Source of the DNA: an uncultured delta proteobacterium
GTDB lineage: Bacteria; Desulfobacterota; Binatia; UBA9968
Length of the DNA stretch: 64,000 nt
Direction: 5' to 3'
NCBI GenBank assembly: GCA_963847445.1
Contig: CAWJZV010000022.1
Span: forward strand, 1 to 64,000
The notes under the pieces: generated by a model
Seen by the model: only the letters and a program-made list of their open reading frames with translations
What the model was told of the DNA's origin: nothing
Database searches by the model: none
Made by a program: the position numbers and the translations under genes
Part shown: in pieces, positions 41,927 through 52,059 of the stretch
Layout of the letters: the number at the start of each line of letters is the position of its first letter
Numbering within the stretch: position 1 is the stretch's first letter

Positions 41927-42790
41927 CTATTCCACCCGGGAGATTACGATTACTCCCGCGACCACCAGAATCGTTCCGACAATCGTTGCAAGATTGATTC
42001 GCTCGACTTCTCTGAGAAAGACAGCGCCGATCATCATCGTCCAGATTGGCACGGTCGCCGAAATTGGCGACACGATATAGACCGGTCCCGAGGCAAAGGC
42101 TATCAGCATGAAAAGCACGGCGAGGGTTTCGAATATTCCTGAAAGGACCAGCGGCCAAAAGGCCCGGCGATCCCAGACCAGTTTGTCCGTGCATGCCGGC
42201 GACGCGTAAAACGCGGCGAAGGATAACAGCGCGATCGGACCGACTAGAGCCGCCAGCAGCAGCGGCTCGTGTGACTGGATGAGCGCGTAGCGCCGCAGCG
42301 GATGGACGATGGTGGTCAGCAGCACGGTGGCGATGGGATAGAACAGATAAACCCAGCGGAACGAGGGCAAGTTGCGGTCCATGCGCCAGGAAGTCAGGAC
42401 GATGCCGCCGACGACGAGCAGAGTCCCGGCCATGCCCAGTAGCGTCAGCGGCTCGCCGAGAAACACGATGCCGGCAATCACCGTGAGAAATGGATAGGAG
42501 TTGCGCAACGTCACCGCCCGCGAAGTGCCGATCTTATGGATGCCGGTGTAGTGGAAATGGCGAATGCCCGGCTGGAGCAGGCCGGTGATGGCGATGGCGA
42601 CAATTGCGCCGGTTGCGACCGGTGGAATCCCGCCAGTCACGAACACCGCGATCCAAAGTACGACGCTGTGGATCGCCAGCGACACGAAAGTCGCGGTAAG
42701 CGGCGTCGTAAAGCTGAAGCCACGTTTAACCGCAACATTGGAAGCGGCGAACGCGAGGGCGGTGAGGAGGGCGAAAATCTGCGCTTTCAT
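41927..42790 (-). CDS. DMT/EamA family transporter
   Basis: About 10 TM in two repeats; FLGEPLT and FLREVER. Confidence 0.88.
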   Translation of the reverse strand: MKAQIFALLTALAFAASNVAVKRGFSFTTPLTATFVSLAIHSVVLWIAVFVTGGIPPVATGAIVAIAITGLLQPGIRHFHYTGIHKIGTSRAVTLRNSYPFLTVIAGIVFLGEPLTLLGMAGTLLVVGGIVLTSWRMDRNLPSFRWVYLFYPIATVLLTTIVHPLRRYALIQSHEPLLLAALVGPIALLSFAAFYASPACTDKLVWDRRAFWPLVLSGIFETLAVLFMLIAFASGPVYIVSPISATVPIWTMMIGAVFLREVERINLATIVGTILVVAGVIVISRVE

Positions 42791-42936
42791 GGGAGTGCTT
42801 TACGTCGATGTTGCGCTAATCTATAGCAGATCGAACTGCCGTGAAACTAGCGGATCGATCATGCGCGGCGATTGCAATGAGCGGTACAGCCGGAGTAAGA
42901 GTTGGCGCATCTGACGTTAGCCCACAGGAGGTTCCC

Positions 42937-43305
42937 ATGGCTTTTCGAATCAATCATCTGCATCTCAAAACCCCCGATCCGAAGAAGACCGCGGATTTCT
43001 ACGTCGAGTACACCGGCGCGAAGATCGCCAAGGAGTCCACTCGCCCGGATGGCAGCAAGAATTATCGGCTCGATCTGCACGGCGTCGAACTCAACGTGAC
43101 GCAGTTCCTCGACGAGCAAAAGCTCGATCAGTTCATGGGGCTTGAACATGTCGCCATCGATACCAACAACTTCGACGGCGAAGTGAACAAGATCAAAGCG
43201 GCGGGAATCAAGATTCTCGAAGAACGCGTGCTGCCGGACGGTAGGAGAGTTTGCTTTTTCGAAGGGCCGCAGGGGGTGCGGTTGGAATTTCTCGAATGGC
43301 GGTGA
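42937..43305 (+). CDS. VOC/glyoxalase family protein
   Basis: INHLHL; GLEHVAI; FFEGPQGVRLEF. Confidence 0.9.
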   Translation: MAFRINHLHLKTPDPKKTADFYVEYTGAKIAKESTRPDGSKNYRLDLHGVELNVTQFLDEQKLDQFMGLEHVAIDTNNFDGEVNKIKAAGIKILEERVLPDGRRVCFFEGPQGVRLEFLEWR

Positions 43306-43315
43306 GGAAGACAAG

Positions 43316-43391
43316 GAGTGATGGAGTAATGGAGTGTTGGGTTTCCGAATCCGGACGCAATACTCCAGGACTCCACTACTCCAGCACTCCA
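43316..43391. repeat. GGAGTRRT/AYTCCA octamer inverted-repeat element
   Basis: GGAGTGATGGAGTAATGGAGTGTTGG...TACTCCAGGACTCCACTACTCCAGCACTCCA; relatives near 41013-41063 and 38175-38190. Confidence 0.7.
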
Positions 43392-43395
43392 ATTC

Positions 43396-44514
43396 TCATC
43401 TATCCTTCAGCGCTCTCTCCAGCGGCCCATTCTCCCTGAACGGTTCGGGCCAGCCGATGTATTCTTTAAAGTCGGGGCGGGCTTTGACCAGGTCGAGGAT
43501 GACGTTTTGGATGCCTTTGTCGGGGACGATGGGGTTGGACTTGAATAGCTTGGCGTAGGCTTGCACCGTGCGTTTGGTGATCGCGGCGTCTTTTTCGCGC
43601 ATCCATTTGGCGAAGGATTTCTCAGCGAAGCGTTGATCTTTCTTGATCAGTTGAATTCCCGCGACGTAGGCGCGCAAAAAGTCTTCTGTCAGCTTGGGTT
43701 CGGCGCGGATAAAGGCGCGGCTGCTGGTAACGCAGGACGATGGATAGACCAGGTCGGTGTTGCTCAAGTCGACGAGCACGGGCCAACCTTTCTGCAAGAA
43801 CGGCATGGCATAGCGCGTGGTCAGCGCGGCGGCGGCGATGACGCCGCGTTCCAACGCCAGCGCCATCTCTGGGCCTGCGCCCATTTGTAAAACTGTCATG
43901 TCTTTTTCGGGATTCAGACCGACGTGTTTGAGCGCGGCGCGCAGATAGAAGTGCGTCGTCGAGCCGTAGCGGGTGACGGCGCTGGACAAGCCTTTGAGTT
44001 CTTGGGGCGACTTAATTTCCGGCCGGGTGATCAAATAGACAGGATCGGTGTCGACCGGACAAGCGAGCAGGATCACGTCGCCGCCGGCGGCCCGCGCGGC
44101 AACCACGGATTCCGCGCCAACTCCCGAGAACGGCAGGTCGCCGGTGATGATCGCAAGCGCGATGAGCGAGCCGCCGCGAATCTGCACCGGCTCGACGTTC
44201 ATCCCCGCTTTCTCGAACAAGCCGGCATCCTTAGTGACCCAAATGGGCAGGTGGGCTGGCGACGCGGTGGTGCCGTAGAGGATGCGGCGGAGCTCCTGGG
44301 ATTGGGCGGGCGACGGATTCAGCACGGCACTGAGTAGCGCGAGCCATAACCAGAGCGAACGGCGTGCGTGAAATTTTCTTTTTTCGGAACCCTCACCGAA
44401 AGAGCCCTCACCCTGGCCCCTTCGACTTCGCTCAGGACAGGCTTCTCCCGGAGGTCGCGGGGATCGGAGACGAGCGGCGAGGGCCAATCGAATTTTGCGT
44501 CTGCGAGCCAACAT
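43396..44514 (-). CDS. ABC substrate-binding protein, SsuA/THI5-like, with a repeat-encoded N-terminal insert
   Basis: ATG overlaps the upstream TAA; QELRRILYGTT, paralogous to 44514-45494. Confidence 0.85.
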   Translation of the reverse strand: MLARRRKIRLALAARLRSPRPPGEACPERSRRGQGEGSFGEGSEKRKFHARRSLWLWLALLSAVLNPSPAQSQELRRILYGTTASPAHLPIWVTKDAGLFEKAGMNVEPVQIRGGSLIALAIITGDLPFSGVGAESVVAARAAGGDVILLACPVDTDPVYLITRPEIKSPQELKGLSSAVTRYGSTTHFYLRAALKHVGLNPEKDMTVLQMGAGPEMALALERGVIAAAALTTRYAMPFLQKGWPVLVDLSNTDLVYPSSCVTSSRAFIRAEPKLTEDFLRAYVAGIQLIKKDQRFAEKSFAKWMREKDAAITKRTVQAYAKLFKSNPIVPDKGIQNVILDLVKARPDFKEYIGWPEPFRENGPLERALKDR

Positions 44515-45494
44515 TATTTTCCTAAGGCACGCTCCAGTGGTCCGTGGTCGCGGAATAGTTCATAGCGGCCGACAAATTCCTTGGGCACGTTACGCCGACC
44601 TTGCAGATCTTTGATGACGTTTTCCAGCCCTTTGTCGGGGACGTTGGGCACCGGCTTGAATAATTTGGCGTAGGCTTCGACGGTCTTGCGCACCAGCACC
44701 AGATCTCTTTCGCGCAGCCATTTGGCCAAGGATTTTTCTGCGAAGGCAGAATCGCTGCGAATCAGTTGGATGCCGGCGACATAGGCGCGCAGAAAATTTT
44801 CGACGAGCTTGGGTTCGGACTTGACATAGCTTCTACTGCTCGCAACACAAGACGACGGGTAGACCAGATCGGTGGTGCTCAGGTCGACGAGCAGCGGCCA
44901 GCCCTTCTGCAAGAAGGGCAAGGCGTAGCGGTGAGTGATCGCCGCTGCCGCGATGCGGCCATTCTCCAGCGCCGACACGGTTTCGCTGCCGGTGCCCAGT
45001 TGCAAAATCGTCATGTCCTTTTCCGGGTCGAGACCGACATGACGCGCGGCCGCGCGCATGTAGAAATGGGTCGTCGAGCCCAAGCGCGTCACCGCCGTGG
45101 CTTTGCCTTTTAATTCAGCGACCGATTTTATCTCCGGCCGAGTGATGAAATAGACCGGATCGGAGTCCACCGGGCAGGCGAGCAGGACAACATCGCCGCC
45201 TTCGATGCGCGCGGCGACTATCGATTCCGCGCCGGCGCCGGAGAACTGCAACTGCCCACTCATGATGCCCATCGTAATCAGCGCGCCGCCGCGGATCTGC
45301 ACCGGCTCGACATTCAATCCCTGCTTGGCAAAAAAGCCAGCGTCCTTGGCCACCCAGATCGGCAGGTGCGCGGTGGATGCGGTGGTGCCGTAGTGGATGC
45401 GGCGCAGCTCTTGAGCTGGCGATGATTCGGAGAATAGGACCGATCCGACGGATAGGACGAACAGGACCAACGCTCCATGAATACCGACTGGCAT
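44514..45494 (-). CDS. ABC substrate-binding protein, SsuA/THI5-like
   Basis: Signal peptide SPA-QE; GFFAKQGLNVE; ELKGK. Confidence 0.88.
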   Translation of the reverse strand: MPVGIHGALVLFVLSVGSVLFSESSPAQELRRIHYGTTASTAHLPIWVAKDAGFFAKQGLNVEPVQIRGGALITMGIMSGQLQFSGAGAESIVAARIEGGDVVLLACPVDSDPVYFITRPEIKSVAELKGKATAVTRLGSTTHFYMRAAARHVGLDPEKDMTILQLGTGSETVSALENGRIAAAAITHRYALPFLQKGWPLLVDLSTTDLVYPSSCVASSRSYVKSEPKLVENFLRAYVAGIQLIRSDSAFAEKSLAKWLRERDLVLVRKTVEAYAKLFKPVPNVPDKGLENVIKDLQGRRNVPKEFVGRYELFRDHGPLERALGK

Positions 45495-45516
45495 GTTTCG
45501 ACCTCTTTGCTCGGCT

Positions 45517-45987
45517 TTACTTGCCAAAGCACTTCGCTTCGGCGCCTTCTTGATCGAAGGGTACGAACTGGTTGATACCGGGGCCGCGGATTGCGGGTTT
45601 TTCGCCGTCGTCGAACAACGCATTAGCATTGTCGCCGGCGCGGCCGCCGATGAGGCCGGGCGCGTGGGCTTCGGCCACCGTGGCGTCTTTGTCCGAGCGA
45701 TTGAACGCCCAGTGCACGGTGTTGGCGGGGATGCGGTGAAAATCGCCCTTTTTACAGAGATAACCGTGGTCTTTGACGAAGAACCAGATCTCGCCGTCCA
45801 TGACGTAATTGATCTGTTCCGACTCATGCTGATGCGGCTTGGTATGATAGCCAGGGCGGCGCGTGGCGATCATCAGGCTGCACTCGTTGCCGTAACCCTT
45901 GCGCACGACCATCTGGCCGGTGCCGGCCTCACCGCTTTGATCCCGTTGGTATTCCTGCATCTCGCTAGCTTTGACATGTAACGGCAT
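45517..45987 (-). CDS. cupin domain protein
   Basis: PHQHESEQINYV and IPANTVH cupin motifs; GGAGG RBS. Confidence 0.9.
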   Translation of the reverse strand: MPLHVKASEMQEYQRDQSGEAGTGQMVVRKGYGNECSLMIATRRPGYHTKPHQHESEQINYVMDGEIWFFVKDHGYLCKKGDFHRIPANTVHWAFNRSDKDATVAEAHAPGLIGGRAGDNANALFDDGEKPAIRGPGINQFVPFDQEGAEAKCFGK

Positions 45988-46124
45988 GGTTGCCTCCTTA
46001 GATATTCAAGATGGTGAATTGGTACGCCAAGTCCGGGGGAGCGTCAAGCGCTCTGCGTTGGTATGGCTGAAAGTTTGGGTTACTCGCGCAAATTGTCGGG
46101 GCGAATATTCGCGGATTCGGATAG

Positions 46125-46270
46125 TCCTCCCGCAAAGGCGCCAAGGCGCCAAGTGACAGGCCAGAGGCTGTCCTCCGAAGTGACTGCGAGGGATCTAGGA
46201 AAGATTTCTCTCGTCCGTTCGAAATGACAACGCCTATCCTCATACGTCCTGGCGCCTTTGCGGGAGATAT
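46125..46270. repeat. composite palindromic element (CGCAAAGGCGCCAAG arms around a GTC...GAAATGAC core)
   Basis: Same architecture at 52660-52826 and 14375-14505; arms alone at 27465-27555. Confidence 0.65.
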
Positions 46271-46363
46271 TCCGGTTCCGAATCGTGTCGGTTGCGGCTA
46301 TGCCGCGCCAGGTAAAATCATCGCCATTGACATGCCGCGACGACGGCAGTAAATCCAAAGGCT

Positions 46364-47338
46364 ATGACGGCGCAATTAATCATCGCAGCGGTTTTGCTCT
46401 TAACCTTGCCGCGGTTCTCGTCGGCGCAGAAACTGCTCTTGGCTCATGTGGCGATCAATCCGGGGCAAAGCATGTTTCATGTCGCCAAGGACTCGGGGAT
46501 TCTCGCCAAATACGGCTTTTCGGCGGATGTAGTGCTGATCCCGGGGACGCCGCGGACAATCCAAGCCCTGATCGCCGGCGACCTGGATTACGTCCTCGCC
46601 GGCGCCCCGGCCTCGCTCCGCGCCCGCGCTCAGGGCGCCGACGTTACGATTCTTTCGACTCTGTCGAGTTATTCTTCGCAGCGCGTGTTCGTCAGGCCGG
46701 ATTCGAAGTTGACGAGCTTTAATGAATTGAAAGGCAAAATTATCGGCGTCACGCAGTATGGTTCGGGCGGCGATACTTTTCTGCGCGCGGCGCTGCGCAA
46801 ATCCGGCATTAAAGAACCTGAAGTGACGATTCTTCAGATGGGCGGGACGCCGGGTGTGGCTCAAGGCTTGGAGTCGGGACGAATCGAGGTCGGCGTGCTC
46901 GGCGACTCAGGCTTGCTACTGGTGTTTCGCGGCAGGGCCAAACCCTTGAAAGGCGCGAGCGCGCGGGAAATGGGCTTCCGCGGCACCGACGCTCCGCTGA
47001 CGACGACCGATCGAAAGATCAAGAGCGATCGCGCCGGCGTCGTCCGCTTCATGCAGGCTTATCTTGAAACGATACACTATTTCCAAACCAACAAGGCTGG
47101 GACGGCGCGCATCTTGAAAAAATACATGGGCGGCACCAGCGAGGAAGATATCTCGCTGTGGTGCGACGATCTGCGCGGAATCCTCAAACCGGTGCCCTAT
47201 GCCGACGAGGAGGCGCTGCGCGCTGAGCTGGAGATGATGAACATACCGGGAAACCAAATCCCCGCCGGCTATATCAACAATAGTATTCTCGACGAGTTAA
47301 AAAAGAGTGGGTTCATAGACAAACTGTGGAAAAACTAA
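46364..47338 (+). CDS. ABC substrate-binding protein, SsuA/THI5-like
   Basis: Signal peptide; GILAKYG; ELKGKIIG. Confidence 0.88.
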   Translation: MTAQLIIAAVLLLTLPRFSSAQKLLLAHVAINPGQSMFHVAKDSGILAKYGFSADVVLIPGTPRTIQALIAGDLDYVLAGAPASLRARAQGADVTILSTLSSYSSQRVFVRPDSKLTSFNELKGKIIGVTQYGSGGDTFLRAALRKSGIKEPEVTILQMGGTPGVAQGLESGRIEVGVLGDSGLLLVFRGRAKPLKGASAREMGFRGTDAPLTTTDRKIKSDRAGVVRFMQAYLETIHYFQTNKAGTARILKKYMGGTSEEDISLWCDDLRGILKPVPYADEEALRAELEMMNIPGNQIPAGYINNSILDELKKSGFIDKLWKN

Positions 47339-47355
47339 AAAGGAGGATTAGGACC

Positions 47356-47721
47356 ATGGGAAAGATCAGACATATCGCGATCAAGGTGGAGGATCAGGAG
47401 AAGGCGGCCAATTTTTATAAGCAGACCTTCGGCATGACTGAAGCCTGGCGCGGCCCGGTGCGCGACGACGGCAATCGGGCGATTTACTTGACCGACGGTT
47501 ACATCAACATGGCGGTGCTGCCGGCGCGCGGCGGCCGCGAAGGCATCGATCATTTCGGTTTCCAGGTGGAAGACTTGGATGGGACGCTAAAAAGCGCTCA
47601 AGCCTCCGGCGCGAAAGCCGACGCAGAGGTGAAGCCAAAAGACGGCCGCTTCGCCGAGATGGGCGTGCATGATCCGGTGGGACAGTTGGTCGATGTCACG
47701 GTGCATGGCTGGAAGTCATAG
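47356..47721 (+). CDS. VOC/glyoxalase family protein
   Basis: IRHIAI; GIDHFGFQVED; DPVG; AGGAGG RBS. Confidence 0.9.
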   Translation: MGKIRHIAIKVEDQEKAANFYKQTFGMTEAWRGPVRDDGNRAIYLTDGYINMAVLPARGGREGIDHFGFQVEDLDGTLKSAQASGAKADAEVKPKDGRFAEMGVHDPVGQLVDVTVHGWKS

Positions 47722-47947
47722 CGAAAACGCAGCAGGCAACAGGCAAGAGTAGGCGCAGAGCAAGCGTGAGTGAAAATTTTTTCACTGGCGCTGTGTTCTA
47801 GCTCTGAACTTTGCCACCGGGGCGCAGCCGATCAAGTTCGAGTTCATTAAGAATTTGCCAGCGGCCAAACAGATCGTCAGACGATACTGCTGAATGTGTT
47901 GGTGCGGGCGGGTAGGGTGATCAGATCAGGAAGGCGACAGGTAATGG

Positions 47948-48004
47948 TAGGGTGGACTTATGTGTCCGCTCGTTCGGAGGGCCGACACGCAGGTCGGCCC
48001 CTAC
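47948..48004. repeat. GTAG-type REP doublet (REPIN-like)
   Basis: GTAGGGTGGAC...GTCCGC and GGCCGAC...GTCGGCCCCTAC in inverted orientation. Confidence 0.65.
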
Positions 48005-48133
48005 ACTGATCAGCCTCCGGCTGAAACAGCATGAGAAACCGTAGGCATGGACGTTACGGCGAGGTGATGAGGTGATTGTGGATTACGTGGAAGGTTTTGT
48101 CGTGAAGAGTTTGAGCCAGATAAAAAGTCACGC

Positions 48134-49117
48134 TTGGTTACCATCGTTGCCGGGCTCCTCTGTTTGGTCAGCAGCCAAGCCAGCGCGGCCGAGCCGACGA
48201 AAGTGTTGATCGCCCATGGCGCGATCAGCAATAACGTCGAGCCGCTGTGGATCGCCAAGGAGCAGGGGATTTTTCGGAAATACGGCATTGATGCAGAGCT
48301 GGTGTTCATCATCGCCGGGCGGGCGATGCAGGCGATGTTGGCCGGACAGGTTCCCGTCGGACTGGTCGGCGGCACCCATGTCGTCAACGCCAATACCGGC
48401 GGCGGCGATTTCTCGATGGTTCTCGGCTTGGAGAACCAGCTTGATTATTGGTTTATCGCGAAATCAACCATCAAGAGCGGCGAAGATCTTAAAGGTAAGA
48501 AAGTCGGCATCGGCACGCCAGCAGGTTCGGCGTCGTTAGCGGCCTATGTTTCTATGGATTATCTTGGCCTGGTGCCGCGGCGCGACAACATTGTGCTGCT
48601 CGGCGTCGGCGGCGTTCCCGAGCGCATGAGTGCATTACGTTCCGGCAGTGTCGACGCGACCACTTTATCTCCAGAGATTGGCCAACAGGTGTTGGGCGAC
48701 GGCTATCGTGTGTTGGTCGATTTGGGAAAAGAAAACGTGCAGTTCCAATCCTCGGGACTGGTCTTTTCGCGCAGCTGGATGAAGAACAATCCACAATTGG
48801 TCGAAAACATTACCAAGGCGACGGTTGAAGGCACGGCGTTTGTTCACAAACCCGCCAATAAAGAGGTCGTGCTCAAAAGCCTCGGGCGTAATTTGCGCTT
48901 GACCAAGCCCGATCAGATGGAGAAGGCGTACCAGGGTTTGATCGGCGCATTGCCGAAACGGCCTTGTCCATCCATCGAGGGCATGAACGCGGTGGTAAAG
49001 CTGATGGTGCAGCATGGCATCAACACCAAAGCGGCGCAGCTGAAAGCCGAGGAGCAGTTGGATATGAGCTTTTGCAAAAGATTCGAGGACAGCGGGTTTT
49101 TCAAAAGTTTGTATTAA
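48134..49117 (+). CDS. ABC substrate-binding protein, SsuA/THI5-like (start uncertain)
   Basis: ASA-AEP signal cleavage site; GIFRKYGIDAE; DLKGKKVG. Confidence 0.88.
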   Translation: MVTIVAGLLCLVSSQASAAEPTKVLIAHGAISNNVEPLWIAKEQGIFRKYGIDAELVFIIAGRAMQAMLAGQVPVGLVGGTHVVNANTGGGDFSMVLGLENQLDYWFIAKSTIKSGEDLKGKKVGIGTPAGSASLAAYVSMDYLGLVPRRDNIVLLGVGGVPERMSALRSGSVDATTLSPEIGQQVLGDGYRVLVDLGKENVQFQSSGLVFSRSWMKNNPQLVENITKATVEGTAFVHKPANKEVVLKSLGRNLRLTKPDQMEKAYQGLIGALPKRPCPSIEGMNAVVKLMVQHGINTKAAQLKAEEQLDMSFCKRFEDSGFFKSLY

Positions 49118-49149
49118 ACGCGGGCTATTATTAGTGTAGTGGAGTCATA

Positions 49150-49325
49150 CATCATCGCCTACCAATCGCCGACGGAAGAACCGTTGGGAGCGCGATCGAA
49201 AAGATAGCATCGAAGATTGCCGAGTTTCGCGACAGAGACTCGCCGACGTTGTCGATAAATCCATCCTCAGCGAGCGCGACCGCGAGGGATTTTTTACCCA
49301 ACTCGCCAGCAAGTACGGCAAATAA
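49150..49325 (+). pseudogene. orphan 3' end of an SsuA/THI5-like SBP gene
   Basis: LADVVDKSILSERDREGFFTQLASKYGK* resembles the C-termini of neighbouring SBPs (e.g. LVDSRLVKKLDDSGFI). Confidence 0.55.
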
Positions 49326-49478
49326 TAGTAAGGAGCAAAAAAGTAAGGAGTTAGGGGTTCCGAACCGGAACTCCTTACTCCCTGATGCTCACTCCTTACT
49401 CTCTCACCTTATTGACCTGCCGGGATCGATCGGATATTCCATTCAGATTGTTTGATTACAAGAGGAGAGTTTTACCGT

Positions 49479-51089
49479 ATGCCGTATTTCGATTTACATC
49501 AGCATCTGAAGAATCTCGAAGAGCATGGACTGCTCCGGCGCATCACGCGCTTGATCAACAAGGACACGGAACTCCATCCCTTGGTTCGTTGGCAGTACCG
49601 TGGCTTGGCGGAAGAAGATCGCCGAGCCTGGCTCTTTGAGAACGTCACCGATGCCAAAGGACGCAAGTACGACATGCCCGTCGTCGTCGGCGCTTTGGCG
49701 GGAAAGCCGGAGATCTATTATCTCGGCATGGGCTGCAACAGCGGCGAAGAGATGGACGCGATGTGGAAAAAAGCTCTGGCCGAGCCGATCAATCCCATCG
49801 CCGTGACCAACGCCAAGTGCCAGGAAGTCGTCATCCAAGGCAATGAGCTCGACAAAGAAGGCAACGGTCTCGACCGCTTCCCGGTGCCGATCTCGACGCC
49901 GGGTTTCGACAACGGACCCTACACGACTTGCTCGCACTGGATCACCGCGGATCTCGACACCGGGATTCAAAACATCGGCAACTACCGCGGCGAGATCAAA
50001 GCCGGCAAGCGCGTCGGTGTGTTTCCGTCGGGCTTGGGCCAGGATATTTATCTGCATTGGCAGAAGGCGGTGCAGAAGGGCGTTCATTTACCCGCTGCGC
50101 TGGTGATCGGCGCGCCGCCGATCGTGTCCTATGTCTCGGTGCAAAAGATTCCCTACGGCGTCGATGAGATGGGCGTGGCCGGCGGTCTGGCCGGCGAGCC
50201 GATCCCGATGGTCAAATGTAAAACCCACGACATCATGGTGCCGGCGGATGCCGAGATCGTCATCGAGGGTTATTTGAACACGGAGTTCATCGAGCCCGAA
50301 GGGCCGTTCGGCGAATCTCACGGCTACATGCATCCGCGCCAGTTGAATCCGTTCATGGACGTGACCGCGATCACTTATCGTAAGGACGCGATCTACACTT
50401 CGTGGCTGAGTCAATTGACGCCGAGCGAATCCTCGGTCATCCGCAAAATCGGCTACGACCGCTTGATGCTGGTGCATCTGCGCGACGAGTGCCGCATTAC
50501 TTCGGTTTTGCGGGTCGAAATGCACGAGCCGCTGACCAACACGTACAAGCTGGTGATCATTCAAATGCGCAAGCCCAATGAAGCGGAAGTGTGGCGCGCG
50601 TTGCACGCCGCCTGCTCGTTTCATCCCGGCGTCGGCAAGATCGTCGTCGCGGTGGACGAAGATATCGACCCGTCCAACGAAGCCGCGGTTTTCTGGGCGA
50701 TGTGCTATCGCATGAAACCGCACAAGGATGTGCACATCGTCCCTGGCATGGAAAAGGGCCACGCGCCACCGTTTCTGTACGAGCATGAGGTCAAGGGCAC
50801 CGACGTGGTGTCGTACCATTTGCCGGCGGATGAGTCGGCGATGCTGTGCAACGCAATCTTGAAGGAACCGTTTCCTCCGGTGTCGCTGCCCAAGCGCGAG
50901 TATATGGAGAACGCGCGCAAGATCTGGGAAGAGCTGGAACTGCCCAAGCTGCGTCCACAGATGCCATGGTTCGGCTACTCGCTCGGCCAGTGGAGCGATG
51001 AGCTCGATAAAGAAGCGCAGCTGGCCGTCGAAGGCCGCCACTTTGAAACCGGCGAGAAGTTGAAACAGCTCCGGGTCAAGGTTCGATAA
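49479..51089 (+). CDS. UbiD-family prFMN-dependent (de)carboxylase
   Basis: NIGNYR; VPADAEIVIEG; EGPFGESHGY; VAVDEDIDP. Confidence 0.93.
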   Translation: MPYFDLHQHLKNLEEHGLLRRITRLINKDTELHPLVRWQYRGLAEEDRRAWLFENVTDAKGRKYDMPVVVGALAGKPEIYYLGMGCNSGEEMDAMWKKALAEPINPIAVTNAKCQEVVIQGNELDKEGNGLDRFPVPISTPGFDNGPYTTCSHWITADLDTGIQNIGNYRGEIKAGKRVGVFPSGLGQDIYLHWQKAVQKGVHLPAALVIGAPPIVSYVSVQKIPYGVDEMGVAGGLAGEPIPMVKCKTHDIMVPADAEIVIEGYLNTEFIEPEGPFGESHGYMHPRQLNPFMDVTAITYRKDAIYTSWLSQLTPSESSVIRKIGYDRLMLVHLRDECRITSVLRVEMHEPLTNTYKLVIIQMRKPNEAEVWRALHAACSFHPGVGKIVVAVDEDIDPSNEAAVFWAMCYRMKPHKDVHIVPGMEKGHAPPFLYEHEVKGTDVVSYHLPADESAMLCNAILKEPFPPVSLPKREYMENARKIWEELELPKLRPQMPWFGYSLGQWSDELDKEAQLAVEGRHFETGEKLKQLRVKVR

Positions 51090-51109
51090 GATAGTTGACA
51101 GTTGTCGGC

Positions 51110-51149
51110 AAAACCCGCCGTGGCTCAAACGAGCCCGGCGGGTTTTTTT
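51110..51149 (+). terminator. intrinsic terminator
   Basis: AAAACCCGCCG...CGGCGGGTTTTTTT. Confidence 0.8.
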
Positions 51150-51224
51150 GTCGGGGGGGAATGGCCGCAGAGAACGCAAAGGGCGCAAAAAATATTCTGT
51201 ATCCGAAGAAGCGAAGATTGTGTT

Positions 51225-51303
51225 CACCACGAAGGACACGAAGATCACGAAGTTCGGAAAATTGGTTCTCTGAAACCTTCGTGTCCTTCGTGCCTTCGTG
51301 GTG
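51225..51303. repeat. CACGAAG nonamer inverted-repeat element
   Basis: CACCACGAAGGACACGAAGATCACGAAG...CTTCGTGTCCTTCGTGCCTTCGTGGTG; analogous CGCAGAG element at 51968-52048. Confidence 0.7.
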
Positions 51304-51350
51304 GGAAAGTCTTTTTGTTTATAGACGAGAAAACGTATGACCTGCGTATT

Positions 51351-51945
51351 TCAGCCGGTGATCTCGTAGGGCACGTTGGTCGGCCCTTCGAGTCGGCGGT
51401 AGGCGCCGGTTTCAAAATTGTAATTGCCCTGCAAGACTTTGCCGGCGACGCGCTCGGAGCGCAGGATCAGGCCGTAGGACTTTGCCGGGCCGCCTTGCTC
51501 GGCGTGGATGTCGAAGGGCGGCACCAAGTCGACTTTGCCGGGCGTGCCTTGGGTGATGCTTTCGATTTCTAGTTTGGCGTAGCCTTCTTTGCTGCCGTCG
51601 TCGACGCGGCGGTAGCGCTCCAAGCGTTTCCGTGCCTTCGAGCAGTCCGTAGGCGGTCCAGGAGTGGGCGTGATCGTGGATGCTGCCTTTGCGATCGGCG
51701 CCGTGGACCACGCCGTTGATGGCAAAGCCATAGTCGGGGTCTTCGTAGAAAAGCAGATTGCGCCGGCCGCCGTCGGTGTCGGGCCAAGTTTTGCAGCTCT
51801 GCCGCATGGACTCGTCCTTGACCAGTGCTTCAAGCAAGTCGCGACCTCTTTTCATGCGCGCTTCGGTATCGGGAAGCGCCGCCCAGGCTGCCCGTAATTC
51901 TTGAATGAACTTTTCAAAAGCTGGGAGTCTCTTCGCGGTCGACAT
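51351..51945 (-). CDS. cysteine-dioxygenase-like cupin (3-His) (frameshifted)
   Basis: GSIHDHAHSW...YGLLEG...VPPFDIHAE. Confidence 0.75.
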
Positions 51946-52059
51946 CGACCTCGCGATAGGGAAGATTCACCGCAGAGAATACAGAGTTCGCAGAGTTCGG
52001 AAAACCATTCAAGAAATCTTACTCTGCGTCCTCAGCGTCTCTGCGGTGCAACTCCGATC

